Assembly: GCA_037443565.1 (NCBI GenBank)
Contig: JBBIOB010000005.1
Coordinates: 25,019 to 89,018 of the forward strand
DNA length: 64,000 bases
Direction: 5' to 3'
DNA from: Armatimonadota bacterium
GTDB taxonomy: Bacteria; Sysuimicrobiota; Sysuimicrobiia; Sysuimicrobiales; Humicultoraceae
Position numbers and translations under genes: made by a program. Below the pieces are notes generated by a model. It was not told where the DNA came from and did not search any database. It saw only the letters and a list, made by a program, of their open reading frames with translations. Positions 57,774 through 64,000 of this stretch are shown here, in pieces (the first letter of the stretch is position 1; the number at the start of each line of letters is the position of its first letter).

Positions 57774-59012
57774 GTGCTGGTCGTGGCGGCCACCGCTGCA
57801 CGGGCCGCAGATCCCATCCAGCGCGTCGAGGTCTCGCTGACGGTTGAGGGCGGGGAACCCCACCCGCTTGTCGTGCGACGCATGGTCGAATCCATCGGTT
57901 CTGGCGCCGAACGGCTCCTGCTCGGCCGGGACAGCGACCTCGTCGCGCGCCAGCAGGCGACGCTGGCCGGTGTGCTGCGCGAGGTCCTCGACCGGGTCGT
58001 CGGCGGATACCGCGTCGCAGACCTCGGCTTCCAGGCCGGCGTCACAACGGTGGTCCGCGTGCGCGTTGAGCCCCGGGGGCCGATCCTCGGCGATCTCCAT
58101 GTGGACGTCGATCTGCCGGGGGTGCACGTCGACGCCCAGCCGCTGGTGCGCGCGGTGCTCGAGCCGGCGACTGCCGATCTGCGGCACCTGGGCGTGCGGC
58201 TGCCGGCGGAGGCGCTCGAGTGGGCCGGTCCGCTGCTGGAGCGACAGGCCGCTGAGATCGTGGAGGCCGCAGCCGGGGGATTTACAGGCCGGGCGCGCAT
58301 TCAGCCCGCGCGGTCGCGCCTCGTCGTCGTGGTTGGTCCGAGAGATTCGCGGGTGATCCGCGATGTGGGCGTGCGATTCCGCTCCACGTCGATTCCTTAC
58401 GTGCTGCTGGCGGACCACGGACCGCATGTGGCCTCGATGGCGGAGCCGCTTCGGGGGTTGCCGGTGGTCTTCGCGGCGGCGCACCGCGCGCGTCTCGAGG
58501 CGCTCCTCGTCCAGCGGCTCCGCGCGTATCCGCCGGTCCGCGAGTTTGCCATCGAGGCGCGGCCGGTGCTGCAGGTGGCCGAGGTCACCTACGTGACCGT
58601 CCTGGCGGAGTCCACGCTGTACCGCGGACGCATCGAGGCCAGGTTGAACTTCGGGACCGAGGCTCCGCCCCCTGATGTTCGGGCGACGCTGGGGAGGTTG
58701 TTTGGCTCGATCGAGCCGTTCGTGGAGTTCACGATCGTCCCCTCGAATCTGGCGTTCCGGACCGCGGTGGGCGTGCGGCTCGAACTCGGCACGCACGTCT
58801 CGATCGGCGCACTGACCGGATTCGATGAAGCCGGCGTCACGGCGTTCGCCGCCTACCGGCTCTCGCCCGACCTCGAGGTCCGGGGCCGGTACGCGCTGCG
58901 TACCAGGGCGTTGGAGACCACGCTCTCGTACCGCATGAACGAGTTCCTGTCCTGGGAGGGCGTGACGACCTCCACCGGGTTCATATGGCTGCGGCTGGTG
59001 AGCAACCTGTGA
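57774..59012 (+). CDS. hypothetical envelope protein with C-terminal amphipathic beta-strands
   Basis: ORF between bamA and skp; alternating hydrophobic strands ending WLRLVSNL. Confidence 0.7.
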   Translation: MLVVAATAARAADPIQRVEVSLTVEGGEPHPLVVRRMVESIGSGAERLLLGRDSDLVARQQATLAGVLREVLDRVVGGYRVADLGFQAGVTTVVRVRVEPRGPILGDLHVDVDLPGVHVDAQPLVRAVLEPATADLRHLGVRLPAEALEWAGPLLERQAAEIVEAAAGGFTGRARIQPARSRLVVVVGPRDSRVIRDVGVRFRSTSIPYVLLADHGPHVASMAEPLRGLPVVFAAAHRARLEALLVQRLRAYPPVREFAIEARPVLQVAEVTYVTVLAESTLYRGRIEARLNFGTEAPPPDVRATLGRLFGSIEPFVEFTIVPSNLAFRTAVGVRLELGTHVSIGALTGFDEAGVTAFAAYRLSPDLEVRGRYALRTRALETTLSYRMNEFLSWEGVTTSTGFIWLRLVSNL

Positions 59013-59115
59013 CCCCGCCGTGGCCGGGTCGCGTTGGCACGAGACGTGCGATAGAATGAGCCATGGCCGACTGCCGGCACCCATCAGCCGGAGGCCACGT
59101 GAAGGAGGTCGTCGC

Positions 59116-59586
59116 ATGCGGTTCGACACACGGAAGGTGGTCGTCGCCCTCGGTGTGATTGTCGTTGTGGCGGTCGCAGGGGTGCTCCTCTGGCCTCGAG
59201 TGACCCCTGTGCTCGGCCAGTCGCTCCCGCTCGGCCAGCCGTTCTCGATCGGGTACGTGGACATGCAGCGGGCGCTGGATAGCCATCCGCGGCGGGCCAG
59301 TTCCGAGCGCGCCCTGCAGGAGTTCTTCCAGGCCAAGCAGCGCGAGTTTCAAGAGCGCAGCAAGAACATGACCGCCTTCCAGCGGCAGGAGCTTGACCGG
59401 CAGCTCCAGCAGCAGATTGTCGAGAAACGCAACGAACTGCTGGGCGGGCTCGACCGAGAGATCCGATCAGCCGTGGAGCACGCGGCCCAGGAGGCCGGCA
59501 TGTCGGTCGTGCTCGACCGATCGGTCGTTCTCTACGGCGGTACCGACCTGACCGAGGCGGTCATCACGAAGATCAAGGGCAGGTAG
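59116..59586 (+). CDS. OmpH/Skp family chaperone 1
   Basis: IGYVDM, coiled coil and VVL....V.YGGTDLT..V motifs. Confidence 0.88.
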   Translation: MRFDTRKVVVALGVIVVVAVAGVLLWPRVTPVLGQSLPLGQPFSIGYVDMQRALDSHPRRASSERALQEFFQAKQREFQERSKNMTAFQRQELDRQLQQQIVEKRNELLGGLDREIRSAVEHAAQEAGMSVVLDRSVVLYGGTDLTEAVITKIKGR

Positions 59587-59588
59587 CC

Positions 59589-60716
59589 GTGCGGCGATCT
59601 GGGATTGCCGGAGTCCTGCTGATCGGGGTCGCCCTCGCGGGCTGTCGGCCGCAGGCGGGTGCCGTCTCGCCGACGCCGGCCCCGACGCCGGTCGTCACGC
59701 CGAGCCCCCCCGCTTACCGCGTCGCGACCGTCGATCTCGGGGCGCTCATCCGTGCCCACCGTCGGTGGCCGGAATTCGAGGCCCTGACCAAGCGCATCAG
59801 CACACTGGAGATCCAGCTCATGAGTCCGCCGGCCCCCCCGGAGTCGCCGCGGCAGGCGGCCAGTCCCGACCTGCAGGCGGAGGCCGACCGGCTATCGGCC
59901 GCGCTCCACGCAGAGATCGGTGAGCTCCGCGAGCAGCTCCAGCGACGCATCGACGCCTACGGACGCGACTTACAGGCCGAACACGAGGCGAAGGCGGCTG
60001 ACCGGCAGCGGGAGCTCAATGCCGGGCTGTCCAAAGCGCTGGAAGCGCGGCGCGACGAGTTGCAGCGCGACCTGGAGAGGTTCGAGCTGGCCACGATGGC
60101 CGAGTACCGCGTGCCGCTGGCCAACCTTCGGGTGAAGGCCGACGTCGTCGGTATCACCAGCGAGGAGGAGGCGGCCAAGATCCAGGCCGAGGGCGAGCGG
60201 ATCGCCAAGGAGCGCGACGAGAAGGTCCGCGCGCACGCCCAGGGGCTGGAGAAACAGATGCAGGAGTTCACGCAGGCCAAGACGGCGGAGGCTGAGGCGA
60301 CGTTCAACGCGTACATTGCCGCGCTTGAGGCCGAGGCTCGCGAGATGCTCGCGGCCAAGAATCAGGAGGCTGAAGCTGAGCTCAAGGCGGCCATCCGCGT
60401 CAGGGAGCAGACCTTCCAGCAGTCGATGGAGGAGCGCCGCAAGCTGGCCGTGGAGGGCGTCGAGACTCAACTGCGCGCGGCCCAGGAGCGATACATCAGG
60501 CAGTGGGAAGCCGAGCGTGTGCGCATGCGCGCCGAATTGCAGGATGTGACTGCGCAGCGGATCCGGCTCGAGGACAGCATGCTGGCGGAGATCAAGATCG
60601 AGGTGGCCACGGTGGCGCAGGAGCGCCGCGTGGACGCCGTGCTGACCCAGACCCTCGTCCATCCTGGGGCCGTGGACCTGACGCCCGAGGTGATCGAGCG
60701 GCTGCGGCGATCGTAA
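59589..60716 (+). CDS. OmpH/Skp-like lipoprotein with a long coiled coil
   Basis: LAGC lipobox, VATVDL..L..H, about 280 aa coiled coil, AVDLT.EV end. Confidence 0.75.
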   Translation: MRRSGIAGVLLIGVALAGCRPQAGAVSPTPAPTPVVTPSPPAYRVATVDLGALIRAHRRWPEFEALTKRISTLEIQLMSPPAPPESPRQAASPDLQAEADRLSAALHAEIGELREQLQRRIDAYGRDLQAEHEAKAADRQRELNAGLSKALEARRDELQRDLERFELATMAEYRVPLANLRVKADVVGITSEEEAAKIQAEGERIAKERDEKVRAHAQGLEKQMQEFTQAKTAEAEATFNAYIAALEAEAREMLAAKNQEAEAELKAAIRVREQTFQQSMEERRKLAVEGVETQLRAAQERYIRQWEAERVRMRAELQDVTAQRIRLEDSMLAEIKIEVATVAQERRVDAVLTQTLVHPGAVDLTPEVIERLRRS

Positions 60717-60736
60717 TCAATGGGGGACGGGCACGG

Positions 60737-61162
60737 ATGACGAACTGGCGGTGGACTGGGACGATCTTGCTGGCGGCGCTGGTGGCGCTGACCACCGCAG
60801 GGTGCATGGGTGGACAGGTGGGGCTGATCGACAACCAGCGCATCCTGACCGAGAGCGCCAAGGCCTTGCGGTATCAGAAGGAACTGGACGATCGAGAGCG
60901 GGCCATGACCACTGATCTCCAGTTGCTGGTCAGCCAGCTATCGCGGGAGGACCTGGAGGCGCGCCGCCTCCAGTACTTCAGGGAGCTGCAGGGGCTACGG
61001 GTCGAGCTGGAAGATACCCTGAATCGCGAGGTCCGGGAAGCCATCCAGCAGGTGGTTCGGGAGAGGCGCCTGAGGGGCGTGCTCGCGAAGGGACCAGTGG
61101 TCTACACGCAGCCCGGCGTCACAGTGGACATCACTCAGGACATCATCGACCGCCTCAGGTAG
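60737..61162 (+). CDS. OmpH/Skp-like lipoprotein 3
   Basis: TAGC lipobox, VGLID.QRI..ES and VDITQDII motifs. Confidence 0.8.
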   Translation: MTNWRWTGTILLAALVALTTAGCMGGQVGLIDNQRILTESAKALRYQKELDDRERAMTTDLQLLVSQLSREDLEARRLQYFRELQGLRVELEDTLNREVREAIQQVVRERRLRGVLAKGPVVYTQPGVTVDITQDIIDRLR

Positions 61163-61187
61163 CGCCGGGCGTCCAGCAGGAGCGGTG

Positions 61188-62210
61188 ATGCGGCTCGCGG
61201 ATCTGGCTGAACACGCGGGCGCTGACTTGGCCGGGCCGGGGGACGTTGAGATCCTGGCGGTCACCGACCTCGACAGGGCTCATCTCCACGCGCTTGTGAT
61301 GATTGCCGATGCCAGGCGGCTGCCACAGGCCGAGGCATCGGCGGCCGGCGCCCTGCTCGTCGGCGTCGGGGCTCCTCAGACGCGGAAGCCGGCGCTGCGG
61401 GCCCGCAACCTGCGCGCCGCGTTCGCGCGGGTGCTCGCCACCCTCGCGCCCACGGCGCAGCCGGCACCCGGCGCGCACGCGTCTGCCGTCGTGGCGCCCG
61501 ACGCCCAGGTGAGCGCAGAGGCGACGCTCGGCCCCTATGTCGTGGTCTCCGCTGGCGCAGTCGTCGACGCGCGCACCGTCGTCGGCGCGGGCGTGGTCAT
61601 CGGCGCCCGCGCCCGGGTGGGCGTCGATTGCCTGATCCATCCTCACGTGACGATCTATCCTGACTGTGTGATCGGCGATCGGGTCATCCTGCACAGCGGC
61701 GTGGTCATCGGCAGCGACGGGTTCGGGTATGCCGCTGAGGAGGGCGTGCACGTGAAGATCCCGCACCTGGGGCGCGTGGTCATCGAGGACGACGTCGAGA
61801 TCGGCGCGAACACCACGATCGACCGGGGCACGCTTGGCGAGACCCGGATCGGCCGGGGGACGAAGATCGACAACCTGGTTCAGGTGGCACACAACGTGAC
61901 GGTCGGGCCGCACAGCATCATCGTGGCCCAGGTTGGCATCTCGGGCAGCGCGACCATCGGCGAGGGCGCGCTGCTGGCCGGGCAGGCCGGCGTTCGCGAC
62001 CATGTGACGATCGGCGCCGGCGCCGTCGTGCTGGGCCAGGCCGGTGTGACCAAGCACGTGCCGCCCGGTGCCACCGTCTCCGGGTATCCGGCGCGTGAGC
62101 ACCGCGCCCAACTCCGCCTCGAGGCCACGGTCCTCCGGTTGCCGGACATTCTGCGGCGCCTGGAGGCGCTCGAGGCCCGGCTGGCAGTGGACCCTGCGGG
62201 TCGGGACTGA
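61188..62210 (+). CDS. lpxD: UDP-3-O-acylglucosamine N-acyltransferase
   Basis: [30 protein letters not shown] and AQVGISGS motifs. Confidence 0.95.
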   Translation: MRLADLAEHAGADLAGPGDVEILAVTDLDRAHLHALVMIADARRLPQAEASAAGALLVGVGAPQTRKPALRARNLRAAFARVLATLAPTAQPAPGAHASAVVAPDAQVSAEATLGPYVVVSAGAVVDARTVVGAGVVIGARARVGVDCLIHPHVTIYPDCVIGDRVILHSGVVIGSDGFGYAAEEGVHVKIPHLGRVVIEDDVEIGANTTIDRGTLGETRIGRGTKIDNLVQVAHNVTVGPHSIIVAQVGISGSATIGEGALLAGQAGVRDHVTIGAGAVVLGQAGVTKHVPPGATVSGYPAREHRAQLRLEATVLRLPDILRRLEALEARLAVDPAGRD

Positions 62211-62214
62211 GCAG

Positions 62215-63060
62215 ATGCCCGCGACGCCATCCCAGCAAACCATCGGCCGGACTGTCACGGTGTCAGGCCTCGGCCTGCACACCGGCGGGGCGGCAACCGC
62301 CAGGCTGGCCCCCGCGCCTCCCGACGAGGGTGTAACGTTCCGCCGGGTGGACCTTCCGGATGTCCCGGTGGTGCCCGCCTCGCTTGGGGAGGTCGTGGCC
62401 ACCTCTCGCGGCGTCGCGCTGGGACGCCGCGCGCGTGTCGCCACGGTGGAACACTTGCTCTCCGCGGCCAGGGGGATGGGGATCGACAACATGCGCGTGG
62501 ACCTCGATGGCGAGGAGCTGCCCTGCGGGGACGGTAGCGCGCAGATCTACGTGGAAGCGCTCCTGCGGGCGGGGCTCGTGGCGCAGGAGGCGCCCCGGCT
62601 CCCGATCGTGCTCGACGGGCCGGTCTGGGCCGGCAACGGCCACAGCATGATCGTTGCCGTGCCCGCCACCGACCTCCGCATCACGTACGTCGTCACCGCG
62701 GACGGCGCAATGCTGGCCCCGCAGATCGCCGAGTTCCGCGAGGAGGCAGACGCGTACGCCGACGCCATTGCGCCGGCGCGCACCTGGGGTCTGGCGACCG
62801 AGGTCGAGGCCCTGCGCGCTCAGGGCCTCGCGCGGGGCGCCTCGCTGGCCACCACCCTGGTGATCGGCCCCGGGGGGTTCCTCAACGAGCCGCGCTTCGC
62901 CAATGAGATGGCCCGTCACAAGATCCTGGACGCCATCGGCGACCTCGCGCTGCTGGGCCGCCCGCTGTGCGCGCACGTCGTGGCCGTGCGCGCGGGCCAC
63001 GGACTGCACATCGCGCTGGCCCGCGAGATCGCCGGCCGCCTGGCCTCGACACAGCGATGA
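62215..63060 (+). CDS. lpxC: UDP-3-O-acyl-GlcNAc deacetylase
   Basis: G.GLHTG, TVEHLLSA, DGSA, ART and HKILD.IGDL motifs. Confidence 0.95.
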   Translation: MPATPSQQTIGRTVTVSGLGLHTGGAATARLAPAPPDEGVTFRRVDLPDVPVVPASLGEVVATSRGVALGRRARVATVEHLLSAARGMGIDNMRVDLDGEELPCGDGSAQIYVEALLRAGLVAQEAPRLPIVLDGPVWAGNGHSMIVAVPATDLRITYVVTADGAMLAPQIAEFREEADAYADAIAPARTWGLATEVEALRAQGLARGASLATTLVIGPGGFLNEPRFANEMARHKILDAIGDLALLGRPLCAHVVAVRAGHGLHIALAREIAGRLASTQR

Positions 63061-63887
63061 GGGACGTGGAACCACAGATGCGCCCCCCGACTGTCCACCC
63101 GACGGCAGTGGTGCATCCGTCCGCCGAACTCGGGCACGGGGTGCAGATCGGCCCCTATGCGGTGATCGAGGCGGACGTGACCATCGGGGACGGCACAGAG
63201 ATCGGCCCGCACTGTGTGGTTCACGCCCACGTCTCTATCGGCCGCGGCAACCGCCTCTCCGCCCACGTGGTGATCGGCGGCCGGCCGCAGGACCGGACCT
63301 ACCGCGGCGAGCCCACCCGCATCGCGATCGGGGACGACAACCTGTTCAGCGAGTTCAGCAGCGTGGACCGCGCAACCCGCGAGGGCCACGAGACCCGGAT
63401 CGGAAACGGCGTCTACGTCATGTCCTTCGCGAAGATCAGCCACAACTGCGTCATCGGCAACGGGGCGACGATCGTGAGCGGCGTGCAACTCGGCGGGTGG
63501 GTCCACGTGGACGATCACGCGTACATCGGCGGGCTGGGCGGGGTGCACCAGTTCGTGCACATCGGCCGTCTGGTGATGGTCGCCGGCCTCTCAGGCGTCG
63601 TGCAGGATGTCCCCCCCTATGTGATGGTGGCCGGGTTTCGCGGCCGGGCGGTCGGGCTCAATACGGTCGGGCTGCGGCGGCAGGGTGTATCGGCCTCCGA
63701 CCGGCTCGCGCTGCGCCGGGCGTTCAAGACGTTCTTCCTCTCGGGGCTGCCTCAAGCCGCGGCCGTCGAGGCGCTCGAGGACCTGGCCAGGGAGAGCGAA
63801 CCGGTCCAGCACTTTGTGTCATTCATTCGCGCAGCCAGAGCGCGCAATCGGGGGATCGTGCGGTGGCAAACCGAGACGGAGTTGTAG
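63057..63887 (+). CDS. lpxA: acyl-ACP--UDP-GlcNAc O-acyltransferase (atypical active-site residues)
   Basis: HPTAVV hexapeptide repeats, PQD, HNC, VHQF, QDVPPY and GLN.VGLRR motifs. Confidence 0.9.
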   Translation: MRDVEPQMRPPTVHPTAVVHPSAELGHGVQIGPYAVIEADVTIGDGTEIGPHCVVHAHVSIGRGNRLSAHVVIGGRPQDRTYRGEPTRIAIGDDNLFSEFSSVDRATREGHETRIGNGVYVMSFAKISHNCVIGNGATIVSGVQLGGWVHVDDHAYIGGLGGVHQFVHIGRLVMVAGLSGVVQDVPPYVMVAGFRGRAVGLNTVGLRRQGVSASDRLALRRAFKTFFLSGLPQAAAVEALEDLARESEPVQHFVSFIRAARARNRGIVRWQTETEL

Positions 63888-64000
63888 GGCTTGTGGCCGG
63901 GGTCGGCGTGTTTCCGGAGGTTATTGCCCGGGCGGTGAAGTCACGCGGCCGCGATCTGGTGTGCATTCAGGTGTCCGGGGACTCGCCGTCGCTGCCGAAG
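63863..64000 (+). CDS. lpxI: LpxI family UDP-2,3-diacylglucosamine hydrolase, 5' part (runs off the window)
   Basis: MANRDGVVGLVAGVGVFP resembles the LpxI N-terminal GLIAG.G.FP; follows lpxA. Confidence 0.7.
   Translation, partial: MANRDGVVGLVAGVGVFPEVIARAVKSRGRDLVCIQVSGDSPSLPK

Noticed and set aside
1-64000. Many long antisense or alternative-frame ORFs (for example 51686-53692, 40876-42531, 57708-59336, 18849-20489)
   Set aside because: Shadow ORFs expected in high-GC DNA; they overlap well-supported genes and lack motifs, apart from the HD-GYP fragment noted separately
1-64000. CRISPR array or cas genes
   Set aside because: No regularly spaced direct repeats or Cas motifs seen

Overview
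High-GC chromosomal window from a diderm bacterium. A Terrabacteria lineage such as Armatimonadota or CSP1-3 is my inference from gene order only. Layout: (1) 1-19.8 kb is housekeeping and metabolism: three M20 peptidases, YceI, a GGDEF cyclase, peptide ABC, SpeD, AlaX, CcdA, an S41 protease and an ABC-class ATPase. (2) 19.8-23.2 kb is a decayed integron: a possible trace of the intI 3' end, an IS110-family remnant, an attI-like site, two clear attC sites, and cassettes carrying toxin-antitoxin genes, YciI and a GNAT. (3) 23.2-32.9 kb holds a NEW3/ABC exporter, Fur and DtxR regulators and an Fe(III) ABC importer. (4) 32.9-38.1 kb is a sulfur cluster (lipB, sulfur carrier, SbnI/SerK-like serine kinase, CysM, Mec/JAMM, Rrf2), then a SigR/RsrA-like pair, ridA and tRNA-Gln. 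(5) 38.1-41.1 kb is a mosaic islet with gene fragments. (6) 41.2-64 kb is glmU-prs-wecA-wecB followed by an outer-membrane cluster: two SpoIVB-like proteases, tamB, a sigma factor plus membrane protein, bamA, three Skp/OmpH genes, and lpxD-lpxC-lpxA-lpxI. The best novelty candidates are the free-serine-kinase/sulfur-carrier cysteine route, the relic integron, and a possible protease/sigma module inside the OM operon. All calls come from reading motifs by eye; no searches were run.
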